NCBI GenBank assembly: GCA_043228905.1
Contig: JBHGNT010000004.1
Location: 3,906,001 to 3,970,000 of the forward strand
Source of the DNA: Azolla caroliniana
Lineage: Eukaryota; Plantae; Polypodiophyta
Length of the DNA: 64,000 bases
Reading direction: 5' to 3'
Position numbers and translations under genes: made by a program. Shown here piece after piece: positions 36,927 through 50,766 of the stretch. A model generated the notes under the pieces. The model ran no database searches and was not told where the DNA came from. It saw only the letters and a program-made list of their open reading frames with translations. How positions within the stretch are numbered: the stretch's first letter is position 1; each line of letters opens with the position of its first letter.

Positions 36927-39900
36927 TCTAGAGAGAGATGATCTAGGAAAAAATGGCAAGGCTTTGGTGCATCCTTGGAAGATGGACATTTTGGGCTTTT
37001 TATGGCCCATTTGTCCTCTGTCCTCTTGTCTGCATTGCAATTTGCGACCAACCAATCTCCGGAATTTAACCGCCTATAAAGCGGCCATCCATTCTCGCAT
37101 TACATTTTATATAGCGCCCACTTAGAGATTCGATGCGTTCTGCAGGGTCCGGTTCCCGCCTCTTCGCTCGCTCGGGAACTATCGTTTCTCTTTTTTGTCT
37201 GAATCCATAAAGCAGACCCCTCCCCCCTTGTGAATTGTGAGCGTTTATGCCTATTGTATGCGCGTTTATGCACACACCTAACTAGGTGGTCGGGAGTGGA
37301 GACCTTCACTCACTCGGGGGTGGGTCAGTACAACCATTATGCCCACCCACCACACACGGCAACTCAACATCAGAGACTCGCGAAATTTCTCTTTTTTTCC
37401 TCACACTTTGGCGTAGTTTCCCTTTCTCCCATCCATGCAATTTCAAGAAACGATGCTCGAAACTATTTATTTATAAGGCTTGAATACCAAACCCATATAC
37501 ATACTTCTATCGAGTTATGTTCTCTTTACAGGTCTTTCCGAGAAACAAGCTTAAAAAATTAAACGATGATACTTGGGGAACTTAAGCATGGTGGGGTAGG
37601 GGTTGGAGTTGTCGACATCGAGCCAAGTTGCATGCAATAGTTCATCATGTTGAATTCAGGAAAGAAGCATTCTGATGGCTGATAATCTCTTGATATTCAC
37701 GTCCCTTGAAATTTTGTTACATCTCCGTACATGGATGAAGAAAGCTGAAAGCCGAAACATATTTAGCATTTATATTGGTAACATTGTCAATTAATAGAAC
37801 CAAGTATTTTCTCATGGCAAGTTGCCAATTTACATTGATGGCGATTATCTAATTTCTTGGATGGAAAAGGAGCAAAACCATAATAACACAAAATGCTACA
37901 TCAATACGTTGTCGACCCCAAGAAACTAGAATACAAAACATGTTGAACACTTAGAAACCATAATAACGGAACACGTTGAAGACCTCAAGAAAACTATACG
38001 ACAAAATTAGAACACCCTTTTTGAAATACAAAGAAAGCACCTATTAAATGCGACTCCTAATTTACAGATATGCAGGCACATGTTTCGACTTGTTTTATGA
38101 GTGTTTAAGCGATTACATGCATAAACAATTAATGTTAAATGGTTATCATGGTATGGACGATGTGTTTTTCTCACATCACACATGTCTATTGTGCATGGTT
38201 TTGTTCTTTTGTAGTATAAGCATTATTGACCCAAAATAGAAAATAAAAAGAACAAGGTAGCATAATCTTATTTATGGGTGTAGCCCGTAGGTTCATTTTA
38301 TATGTGGCTCTCTTTGACATAGATCTTAGGGTAGAGACCAGTTGGGCTCTACTATTTAGTTATGAAGCGTGGTGCAACACAAGCCATTGGTCACCATTTT
38401 CCAACTCCAAATCTAAAATAAATAGAGATTAAGCATTTTCTTATGTGTGTGTCACTGTAATGCAACAAGGATGGATTCACACGTAAATATTCAATTGTCT
38501 TATATTATCGTAGAGAGGGAAAGCTCAACTTCACAAGTCCAAACTCAAATAGAAATCCATTTTCTTCATCCAACTTTGTCTTATCAAATGACACGGTCAG
38601 AGAAAAGTTGCTTTCTTGAAATGGGGTATAACCACTGAGATATAAATATAAAGACGGGTAAAATGTACATGTGGTACACATCACTAAGTTGGAGGAGATC
38701 TACAAACCCTCTCATCCAATGTCATGCTACCCACGTGTTTTAAAAAAAGGTAAAATAACACATGAAAGAGTAGAAGGCAAGAAACCAAGGGTACATATAT
38801 ACAAGCTTTAAATTGTTTCATACATCGTAAAATTAATGGAAGGCACAATCGACTTGGAGGTTGGATGACATCCACACATGGATTCAACCATATCAAATTG
38901 CCCCCTACCAATACACACACATGGTTTCAGAGCAACATGACTCTAGGGTTGGTACTTCCTACCTCACTCAAGAGCGAAACCGTCTTGAGTTTCACAAGCT
39001 CTTGCATTCCTTTAACATGCCAACATGTCCCCCAATCTTGAGAGCGCCTCTTCAAAAGCAATATTGCCTCCAAGTTTGATACTTCCTACATCACTCAAAA
39101 GCAACCCTATCTTGAATTTCACCGGGTCTTGCATTCTTCTAGTATGCCCCACCCCACCAACACACACTATTGGACATATTTGACGAGTATCTAATTTGGA
39201 AAAATATGACTCTTGGTTGGGTACTCGCTACCTCACATGGGAACAACCCCCTCTCGAGTTTCGCAGTGTTTCGCATTCCTGTTATGTTTTTCCACAAGAG
39301 CCTTTAGGCTTCATGACTATCCCTTTTAGTCATAGGAACATATATTGTAATTTGTGATCCTCTATTTTTTTACCTTTGAACAACTCCACGCAAACGGATG
39401 GTCTTAACCTCAAATTTTGAAAATTGCCGTCGTACCACCACAATTATGTTATCTTTAATTGATTCAACACTTTTTCTTTAAAAAATACGCCTTTGCATTA
39501 ATAATTGTGTATTTTTTCTACATATTATGCATGGGCTCTAGTACCAAGGGAAGCTAAATAAAGTAAATGTTTGATATCTATCACATATCTAACAATGATT
39601 TAAACTTCTTTAAGCTCCTTTCTTGAATCTTATCTACCCTCACCTTTCCCTCGTACACTTATATGGTATGTATCTCCAACCCTCACTTTGAGCCTTCTAT
39701 TCCTTTTGCTTTTCCCAACAGCTATATTGTCCTTACCATGTGACTTCCTTTACTTTGGCTCATAGATTCTTGCCACAGCTTTTTGTTGAGGTAGTTGTTG
39801 CTTACAAAGACCTTATTCTCCTTTATTTTTCTTTCCCCAAAAGTGGTTTTGCATAGATAGACCTCATTCTCCCTTACATTTTCCCCAATAGTGTTGCTAC

Positions 39901-41049
39901 ATCAAGTGACTGCATTGTCCATGGGTTGATATGTAATTACCCTTCAAGAATGTTTTTTTAGTTTGAACATGGTGGTATGAGTATATGTGGGTATACATAC
40001 ATGTATATGTGCACTTGCATTTGTATGTCTGTAATGCTTCAACATTGACTTTATTGGCATTGTGTTTTAAGGGGCGATGCTATTGCTCTCACCTTTGTAT
40101 TATAGAAATATGTCGATTTCAATGTTATAAAGACATTTTAATGTCATATTGTAAAACCATTATAGCGTCAATTTTGTAAAGCCAAAATTTCACTTGTAAA
40201 CCACTACTATGCATGTTCTTAACTAAAACATTAAAGAGTTCCTAAATGCCTGCCAAATCAAATCTCCCCCAAGACTTGAAGTTTGAACCACAGTCTTAAT
40301 GTCGTGATTTACTAGTATGTAGACATCATGCCTATATATTTAAATTTCAAGAGTTTCAAAAGATAGCCATGTGAATCTAAAGTATGACATGCAAAACATA
40401 ATGTATCAATATTTACCTTATATGGACAATTGATTATTTAATTTATGATAATGCTTCTTGTTTTTAAAGAAGATTGGTTTCATGCATCTTAGAATGTAGG
40501 ACAAATGGAGCAACATCTCATGAAAATTTAAGCTTGGAAATGGTGTCCATACAATGTTGTGCTACCACCCTAAAATTTAATGAGGACGAGTTTCTTATGC
40601 CCCATAACATGGGACAAACTGAGTAACACATACAACAATGTTGCACTATCACACTTCGATTTAATGCACACAACTTTTAGAGTACTATATTATACTATGA
40701 TTGTATTTTTCCTTATCATTAAAAAGTCATGTATCCATAATTAATTCAAAATTCTCTCGCATGAGTTTTAAAAATGTCAATGGATATATGCTATCATCCA
40801 TGGTTGCATTCATCAATGACATTAAACTGTGATTTGATTAGCCACGATATATGGAATATCATGAGAATGTTGAAAATTTCATGGGTATTCCACATTGGGG
40901 AAAGGGTGAATGTTACAATGTCATTTAGGGTAGAGTGTTTCATTACTTTCAATCACTTGTTGATTTCCATTACTTTCATTATTATTCATGAGTTTCATTA
41001 CTTTCAATCATTTGTTGATTTCAATCATTTGTTCATTTTAGAGAGATAC

Positions 41050-42180
41050 ACATCAATCACATAGTTCCTCTTTGATAAGTCTAACTCAAGTGAATATGTG
41101 GAAGACTCCACCAAGCTTGTTAGGAATTTTCTCTCCATTCCACTTTTGACACATAACAATTGATTTGTTGTTAAATCCACTTGTTCAATATTTGAAACTT
41201 ATGTTGTTGGGTCATATTATTGTAGAATAGTCACTAAACAATCAAGAAAAAGGGATGAAAGATTCACAAGGATCTAATATATTATTGAGTTAGAACTTAG
41301 AATACAAGATAAATACCTAGAAGGCTCAAGGATGAGGTTAAACCATAACGGTTCAAGCTTCTAAACACAATTCTATATATGAAGATGACATAAGAGATTG
41401 GTAGCTTACTTATTTTGTAACTCAAAAGTTATGAATTCACACTACTTTGTGCAACACGTTTTGTACACATGTGACGAATGTCAGTGTGTATGTGCATAAT
41501 ACCTATATAGTTGTCATACCATCCCACTCTTATGATGACATGATGTTGAGTGTGAGTACTCAGCATAGAATTTTTTGGATAGTGAACATTCTCTATAGGC
41601 TCCCAAGTATGGTTGGAAGCAAAGTAACATCCCCAATTTGCTAAATAAGATGTTATAGGAATTTCAAGCCAAAATTTTCGTGAACTAATTCCTCATGGTA
41701 ATCAATCTTGATTGATGTAGATAGACATAGTCAATCAATCTTGTAATTCAAGATAATAATTGATGAACCATCACAAATATTGTGCAAATGTCTAAATAGT
41801 AGCTTCATTAGGGATGGTATTCTACAAGGAATGATATGTGAGGTCTTGGTGAATCAATCAATGACAAGATGAATGGGCCTTAGGAAAATGAGAGCTTAAC
41901 AATCAAATATACTGAAATGCTCTTCCAGGGATTAGCTAGAACTAGATAATGCTAAACCAAGCTAGGTGGAAGATGATTTGATGCTTTAGATTGTCACAAT
42001 GTGGTAAAGCTTTGGCCAATCATAATCTTGAGCATTGAGTTCTAGAGTCTTGTAAATTCCAAAATGTCCTACAAGAGAAGAATCATGACAGGATTGAGCT
42101 TGATGTTAAGTGACACCACCATGCACATACTAGGTATCATGCCAAAAAGTAGGCCTTGAATGTTGAAGAGTGTCATATCT
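41050..42180 (-). mobile_element. Degraded Ty3/gypsy integrase
   Basis: Minus strand: QSCHDSSLVGHFGIYKTLELNAQDYDWP (integrase Zn finger), TKTSHIIPC, and 'GVFHI'. Confidence 0.7.
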
Positions 42181-42959
42181 CTCCCATTATACTAAACTAA
42201 TCCCAAATTCTATAGGCTATCTAATGCTGATTATCATTAGTTTTACTTCGTTATATAATCAATTAGTTCTTTACCATTGTCTAAGTATTATACCCCATTT
42301 TGTTTAATACATTGTCTTTTTATAGTCTTTTGTATTCTCTCTCTCTTTCTCTCTCTTTTGAGTGAAAACACATAATAATATTAATAAACGTGTATAAGAA
42401 ACATTACCATGGTATCACAAGTGAGCAGTGTCCCTCAAGCAATGGTACATATTGAGTCACCAATAGGCAAGATGAACATTGTACTGAGGAAAGAATTTTG
42501 AATTGTGCCAATAAATAAAATAGCCATGTTAGCACTCCAACTTTTGTAAATATCCTCTAACCCCACGCCTACCATCAAATACAAAAGCATTGTGAATATC
42601 CCAACTATGACACGATCCCCAATATCTCAAAAATAGGAAAACTAACTCCATCTTTGATTTCTATTCGGTCAGTGTGAATTGTGCAAACAATTGTTGTCTT
42701 GGCATCATATAACAATGTGACACAACTTACAAAACCTTAGAGCTATAACCCCAAATTCGACGAGAAATTGGACAATGTATGAAACGATAAGTTACACTAT
42801 CTTCTCCTTGAACAATGGAAAAGAAGCAATTGCCTCTTGTGAGTCCATGTCCCTTTAGAGCTAATCCCAAAGGCAAACCCCTAATGGATATTCTCTAAAT
42901 GAAGACTTATGTCCTAGAATCGAATGGGAAGCACACAAAAAGATCCAAAAGACACATAA

Positions 42960-43650
42960 AAGCAAAATTTTGTGTTCTAGTTGGATGCAAGAGATGAAAA
43001 AGTGATTTGGTAGATGGGATGCAACACATTTGCTTCACGATGCATCACTAGATTCCTTTGTAAATAAGGCATTTTTGCAACGCCAATGTATCATGACATG
43101 GGAAAAATGTGGAGGCTCACGCTTCATACATTATACTACAAATGTTGCACCTAATTACAAAACCATATTCTTCTCGGAACGGGGAAACCGTGCACACCGA
43201 TACATATTAGAGCCCATTCTGTTGGCTTCTATTCGAACCATTGCTTCCATGCGACTTAGCTCACATGCATTGCAATGTGAGACGGGGCGTTGGGGCACAA
43301 GTGATGAGAGTGGTCGACTATGCACACTTTCGAGAGTCTAAATACCACACTTTGATACAATGCTCTGCTTTCCACACATCTTCGACCAAGCCCAATGCTT
43401 GCACGAATTTTTCTCACAACCACAATGTGCACTCTCGATTGCAACATTAATTGGTAAAGTTCTTGGACATGAGTCACTACTACTCACTTTCACACGTGTC
43501 ACGTGAAATGCTTTCCACACATCTTCGACCAAGGCCAATCCTTGTACGAATTTCTCTCACAATCACAATGTGCACTCTCGATGCAACATTCATTGGTAAA
43601 GTTCTTGAACATCGAGAGTCATTACTCACTTTCACATGTATCACGTGAAA
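42960..43650 (+). mobile_element. 3' fragment of a non-L1 (RTEX/RTE-like) LINE with an ~145-bp terminal tandem duplication
   Basis: SWMQEMKK...IRTIASMRLSSHALQCETGRW...RLCTL..ESKYHTLIQC. The segment ~43366-43510 is repeated at ~43510-43650. Confidence 0.65.
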
Positions 43651-44737
43651 TGTAAATTTTTTTGGCCTCATAGGTCATATTTGACCTCCGAAGATGATAA
43701 TATAATCTCTCTCTCTCTCTCTCTCTATGTGTGTGTGTGTGTGTGTGTGTGTTTTGCACCTAACTACAAAACCATATTCTTTGCGGAAAAGGGAAAGAAC
43801 ACATATTTCACACTTCGATGTGAAACAAGATGTTGGATTAGATGTGATGAAATTATGCATGTTTTGTTTGACTAAACAAGTTTGGGAGTCTAAGTATCAC
43901 ACTACCCTCTATTGATGGGTGGGGGGTGGAGCCACGAACAACCCACCCCCCTCCCAAGGGGGGTTCGAACGTGAGGGGAGAGAGGGAGAGAGAGACACAG
44001 AGAACTCTCTCTCACACGCACACGCACACATGCAATCTATTTACCTCCAACTCATATATACTTGATCCTCTATAAAATTACTCTTAGCTCTTCATATGGT
44101 AACAAAGTGTGAAGGTTATTTATTGACATAACCTCTTTGTTGTTTATGTGTTGCTCTTGAAGCTCTCATTGAAGAAACCAACTTATGCATGTCAGTAAGC
44201 CAAACTAACACTTTTTTAGGGAGTACAAAACACTTGTGACTAAAAAAAAGTCGACCACAGTTCATGTGTTGTTATAGCAAAAGGAAGATGAAGAGAAGAA
44301 GTAATGGGCATCAACATCATTTATATGTAAATGCATAGCTCACTCCAGGCTAGAATAAGCTAGGTGACATCAACTTCTTATGATGCAAGATGCAAAAGTT
44401 CTTATGAGAATATGCTTGATGAAGCACATGGGGCTACACCAAACGTGGTTTGGAGAATATGCTTCATGAAGCAAGAAATGAGTCAATGATGTACTATCTA
44501 TCGACATGCACGAACAACCACATGCTCAACTATGTGGGTAGCTGAGGAATTACAAATGAAGATCGTGGTAGAGGAAGAAGATCAACCAATGTGGCCAATG
44601 ATCAAAACAATGACATGGAAGACATAGAAAACCACTATGGAAGTGACAACTCTATAGTAGTTTCTTATGCCACATTAGCATGGATTACCATTAGAAGAAA
44701 AGAGATGTTGGTAATAACCAACAACTCACCAACTATG

Positions 44738-47700
44738 TGTTAATGGGAATAATATTATATTTATTTAGTTGTAACAAACCCTATAAGGCTTTAGTATTTT
44801 CAGTCTCAAGTATTGATCCTAAGCCAAATGTACGCAAGAAACATGGTTATATTGTAATTTGTGGGGAACCCGCCCTTTATTATGTAGGAACAATGGCCAA
44901 TGGGCTTGTAATTTATGAAAGGGACACTTTAGGGTATCCAACTTGTACAAAAGAACAAGAGCTCTAATGCAAAAGATGCCTTTGGGTGACCTAACTTTGG
45001 GCTACCTTTTGGTCCTCATTCTTTCCCATTTACAATCACTAAGAGCCACTTTTCTCCATTTTCTCTTCCCCGTAATTAATGTTGATATACATGTTGTTAT
45101 GAAATCATGCATAACATGAGTCATGCTATACTTATCTTAGTCTTAAACTCTAGTTAACAAGACTTCATAATGTAAATAGTATGCATGCATCCCATCATCT
45201 TGTGGGTCATAAACTCATGTATCTCAATCATTTGATATGATATAGAAAAGAGCATAGCGTATGAGCTCTATCTAGAGATTGTATTGTGATCTTGATTAAT
45301 ATCTAATCACTCTTTGATCTTACTTAATCACTCTATTCTATAACACGTTATCAGCACGATTAGCCTCTATAATTATTCTCTTATATTAATCTACCTTATT
45401 GTTACCATTAGCATGACTTCTCAAGCTCTACAAATAGATAAATGCTTATTCCTGCCAGTTACATTGGATGGGTCCAATTATATGACTTGGATGGTTCATG
45501 TCGAAGGCCATCTCACGACAAAAGATATCCTTCATACGATAAGTGATAATTTTAATGATGTGGAGAACTCAAATGCTAGGAAGAACAAGGCGGAAGCGTT
45601 CATCTTCATCCTTCATCACCTTCAAGCTCTAAGCCTCCAAAAATCTCCATCAAGAATCCATCAACTCTCTAGAAACAACTCAAAGCCCGTTTTCATCATC
45701 AACGAACTGTTCTCGGCCCCAATAATTTGCATGCATGCAATCAAGTTCGCTTTCAAGATTTCAAGACAGTTGTTGAATATAATTCCTCACTATTTGGTAT
45801 CGTTTCTAAACTTAAAATTTGCGGTCATGAAAACCTTGTTCAAGTGGCGAATCTAATCAAAAAAATGTTAAGTACTTTTCATTCCTCAAATTTTAATCTT
45901 GTCATTGAACTTTTATGCAAATTTTAATCTTTTAAAACATATGCTAAACTTTTATTTGTACTTCTTGTCATTGAGTAACACCACCAAGTTCTCCTCAAGA
46001 ATGACAAACTTCATCCAGTTAGTCAACCTGTGGCTCCTTTACAATTCAAGGATTTGTCGCATGTCAAGAGTAGTTATTCTAGACGACAACATCGTCATCA
46101 ACACCCATATGCACAGAATTGAGGAAGAGGAAGAGGAGGAAGAAAGATCAACAAAGGAAACAATATCCTAAAAGTAATCAAGTCAAGCAAATGCATCATC
46201 AATCAAAGTCAAGTCAAGATAAACCTTCATCGAATTCATGTCTTCGATGTGGTTTATGAGGGCATTACTCCAATATCTCCTCGAAGGTCAATAGTGATAT
46301 AATGGATCTTTGGCATGATAGACTAGGTTATCCTAGCCATACAATGATTAGGAGAATTCTCAATAATGTTCAATATCTACCTTTAAAGTTGGAATACTTG
46401 AATCAAGTTAAAACTTGTCTTTGTGTTCCATGTGCACAAGGAAAGTTGGTGATTCGTCCTTTCTTGCACAAGGAACTGTGTGAGTCACCGGAAACTTTTG
46501 GAGCATATACATGGCGATATCCATGGACCAGTACACCCTCCTTTTGGACCATTTTATTAATTCATGGGAGTCAAAGATGCTTCGTTGCGTTTTTCTCACG
46601 TCACACTTCTTTCTACTCGCAACATGGCATTTCCTTGACTCCTCATCCTTATCATCAAGTTGCGTGCTCAATTCCCTGATTTTCCAATTAAGTCGATTCG
46701 GATGGACAATGTTGCCAAGTTTACGTCAACAACCTTTATTCGCTATTGCGAATCTATTAGTATTAATTTTGAAGTTTCAACTCCTCATGTTCACACTCAA
46801 AATGGTATGGCTGAATCTTCGATTAAACAAATCCAAGTAATTGTGCGGTCGATTCTTATCAAATCGAATTTGCCTAGTTCAACATGGGGACATGTAGTAC
46901 TTCATGCAACACAACTTCTCCGACTACGACCGTGATCATATCATATTTACTCTCCCCATCAACCCATGACAAATTTTGTGAATGAATCAGATCCTCAAAC
47001 TATTCAAGAAGCAAAAACATCCCATTTTTGGGATAAGTGGAAAGAAGCTAAATAGTCTTCTCAAACAAGGATTTTTTGGTAAAATTCAAGAAACACCTAT
47101 TGGTACCGGTTATAAGGCAAGGTTTGTTGCTCAAGGTTTTACACAACAATTTGGTATTGATTATAGCGATACATATTCTCAGGTTATAGATGCAACGTAT
47201 TTGTTGGTTTATTCATTTTACTGTTCAACGAAGTCTTCATATGCGTCTCATGGATGTGATTTAGATAAAGATATATACATGAAGATACCTAAAGAACTTT
47301 GCAAATCTATGCAGTTTGGAAAATTTCGCAATCCATCAATCAAGTTATGTAAGTCACTTTATGGACTTAAACAAGTCGGTTGTATGTGGTATCAACATCT
47401 TTCTCAATATCTTCTTCTCATGGATTTAAGAATGATGATATTTGTCCTTGCATATTTATCAAGCATCATCTCAAATAATTTTTCATCCTCGCTATTTATA
47501 TTGATGATCTCAATATTATTGGAACATCCAATGATATTGAAGATGTTGTTGCTATGCTTAGCCGCCAATTTGAAATGAAAGACCTCGATTTAACTATATT
47601 CTGCTTGGGTCTTCAGATCGAGCACCTATCTAATGGAATTCATCTTCATCAGAGCTCTGATATCCATAAAATATTAAAATGGTTTTCTATGTATCAAGCT

Positions 47701-49138
47701 CATTTTATTAGAACCTCTATCCAGTAGTACGTTCTCGGGATCCTTCTCATGACCCATTTCGGCCAAGATCTTCCAACGAGTCAGCATTGGGACCACAAAT
47801 ATCCTGACATGGATGTTGTTGGTGCACTTATGTACTTGGCCAATTGTACGCGTTCGGACATTTCGTTCACTATCAATTTGGTAGCTCGGTATAGTCACGA
47901 TCCTACCAGGCAACACTGGATTGGAATTTAGCAGATTTTCCAATATTTACGAGGCACTAAAGATATCGGTCTTTTCTTTACCAACGATTCTATGCAAGGC
48001 CAATTGACTGGTTATTCTGACGTTGGGTTTTTATCTGACCCTCACATTGGTAGACCACAAACAGGATATGTTTTCCTTGTTGGTGGTACAACAATCTATT
48101 GGCGATCGCCAAAGCAAACATTGGCTACAACATCTTCAAATCGTGTTGAGATATTGGTATTACATTAAGCAAGCTGAGAATGCTTATGGTTACAATGCTT
48201 AATCGGGCATATTGAAAGTTCTTGTGGTTTTATTAGCCCCTCATTACCAACAGTTATCTATGAAGATAATTATGCTTGCATTAATCAAATCAAGAAAGGC
48301 TTCATTAAAGGGGATTGAATCAAACATATTTCTCCCGAGTTTTTCTTTACTCATGAGCTCAATGATAAGTATATCAACATTCAACCTATGCAATGAAGCA
48401 AGAACTTGGCAGATATATTTACCAAAAGCTTACTCGCATCAAAATATTGGCTGAACATTCCTTCTCTTGGACTTAGAAGATTATCAGAGCTAATGAGCTA
48501 AACCAATGATGATGAGATGAGGGGGAGTGTTATGAAATCATGCATAACATGAGTCATGCTATACTTACTTATCTTAGTCTTAAACTCTAGTTACCAAGAC
48601 TTCATAATGTAAATAGTATGCATGCATCCCATCATCTTGTGGGTCATAAACTCATGTATCTCAATCATTTGATATGATATAGAGAAGAGCATAGCGTATG
48701 AGCTCTATCTAGAGATTGTATTGTGATCTTGATTAATATCTAATCACTCTTTGATCTTACTTAATCACTCTATTCTATAACACATGTTTCTTATTTAGTA
48801 ATTATCTATTTAATTGAGACACCTCTTATATTTCTTCTATAGTGATTATCTATTTAATTGAGATTAACATATATTATTAATTAGTGTAGGGATTAAGTGT
48901 GTCTTAATTTAGATTAACTTAAGAAGCCTTCGAGGCTTTTACGATTACATGGAGTGGATAGGTAAGTGTTTTTTGTGTTGATTTGTGACGTGGTCTTTGC
49001 CATTGGGAAGTGACATTGCCCAATCCCTCGGTTAGCCCATCGAGAGGAAGGTGAACCCTTTGGACTCGGTAGCGACCCTTGGAAGTGCAACATTCCAAAG
49101 TATGGGTCGTGTTAATCCAGTCGGAAAAAACTGATTCA
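44738..49138. mobile_element. Solo LTR (about 710 bp net) inserted in the old copia and itself interrupted by the Bianca-like element
   Basis: TG...CA ends with perfect 5-bp TSD CTATG (44733-44737; 49139-49143). Confidence 0.7.
45095..48782 (+). mobile_element. Bianca-like Ty1/copia element, internally deleted and non-autonomous
   Basis: LTRs 45095-45345 and 48528-48782, TSD CATGT, PBS CGTTATCAGCACG, PPT GAGATGAGGGGGAG. Motifs: LDGSNYMTW, LWHDRLG, IKSIRMDN, HVHTQNGMAESSIK, YKARFVAQGF, DVGFLSDPH, IYEDN. Many frameshifts. Confidence 0.92.
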
Positions 49139-50766
49139 CTATGCCACTAACTCTTAACGATGATTACGGCGAAGCTAACTCCATGTTGAATAGTACAAAC
49201 AGGTTCAATGTGTGGTTTATTTGTTCAAGCATATCAAACCACATGCCGAGTGGTTTTGTGATTCTTAGACACCTAACCAACCCCACCTCATAGATATGGG
49301 TGACAAGAATGCTCACTTGATCTACCACACTAGAGATGTCTCGTTTGGCAACATCAACGACCATCAAAGGTGCATGAAGACATTCTCCATGTGCCAACTA
49401 ATCAAAAGGACTCGAAAATAATTAATAATTGGCCCTTTTTCAATAAGTTTGGATTCCAACTACTTTTAAGGCCAAATTAAAAGATTCAATCAAGCTAATG
49501 GTCATTGATTCAACCCAATGTGGATTGAGGTTGAAACTTGAACACATATACATACATATAGATTGGACACTTAACATAATCTTCTATTATTTCCCATAAC
49601 TCTTCAAAAGGGGTTTCATAACCTTCTACTACCTTTCATGATGTTCTACTACATTACCATGTTTCTCTTATGACTTGAAAATCATGGATCGAACCTACCA
49701 AGGCCAAAACATTTTTGTGTACCTTTCCACACCACCATTCTTGAATTCCCAACGAACTCTTATTATGATCATAGTGGACCACCCACTATAAACGGTAACA
49801 ATGGATCACCCACTAATATATAAGTTAAAAGTAGACCACCCATCTTGCTCTCATTCCACAATATTTTAGATGGACCATCTTTCTAAAACACCTACTAACT
49901 CTGATTGAGTTAATCAATATTGGGCCATATCAAGTTATTCATTGAATTCCATGCATGGAAGTGTGAATGGTGGCCAAGATTGGCACATATTTCATCATTT
50001 TTAGGGAATAATTCTAACCAAATTACAAATGTATATATGAAATTCATACTTGTTTAATGTATGCAAATATGTCATAACTATCTTTATATGGTTGGTATGT
50101 GTGTGACAGAGAAAGAGAGAGTGATGTGCACAAGCGTACATAATCTCATGTTTCTCGTATTCATAATCCTTGTTTTTCTTTTGTTGGGTTGGTGTGGCAT
50201 GTTGGCTTTAACTTCTTTTTTCATGCACCTACCTTTTGGCCCCTATCACGTTAGCCCAAACAATAAGATGGTACTTTAAGTGGCTAACACTAGTTAAGAT
50301 TTTCCTTCAATTTAAAACTCAAACATATTATTTTAAGCCAAAATTTTCTTTTAAAAGAAAATTGTTTAGACTTTAACAAAAACTTAGCATTTTAATGTGG
50401 AAATGCCGCTAAATTTTAGTAGAGCATGGCTCTTATTTGTCTCTCTTCCTTGATGTGCGTAATTATTATTTTAAAACAACATCACCACAAAGACATTATT
50501 AACATGACAACAACTAAGGAAAGATCATGAACTTGTATCTTCTCCCACACAATGTAGCAATGCCAACTTTTATTTGAAACTCAACGTGATTAAGCCCAAA
50601 ATTTTACAAAATCGCTATGCTTTAATGAGCATTGACGAGAGAAGACTTTTGTGCCTAGAGTGCAAAAGTTGTGCTCTATCTAATAGCTCTCATAGAAAAT
50701 CAATAGATATTTATCCATTCTCATGTTGCAACATAAATTGTAGGTTCTTTAAAGAATGTATGAAAT

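Larger units (their letters stand above)
43910..49400 (+). mobile_element. Old truncated copia (LTR-gag-protease remnant) related to the 22450 element, split by nested insertions
   Basis: Degenerate PBS (tggtaacaaag) at ~44097. QQLTNY|ATNS rejoins across 44737/49144. WFICSSISNHM and GD...H.I.H...V.FG...ILHVPT at 49215-49398 parallel 24098-24293. Confidence 0.7.

Noticed and set aside
37228-37244. tgtgaattgtgagcg resembles the left half of the lac operator
   Set aside because: Short partial match with no right half and no vector context; chance.
37100-37300. Possible telomerase RNA (minus strand starts AAGGGGGG..GTCTGCTT)
   Set aside because: No CTAAACCCT-type template follows and there is no convincing USE/TATA spacing.
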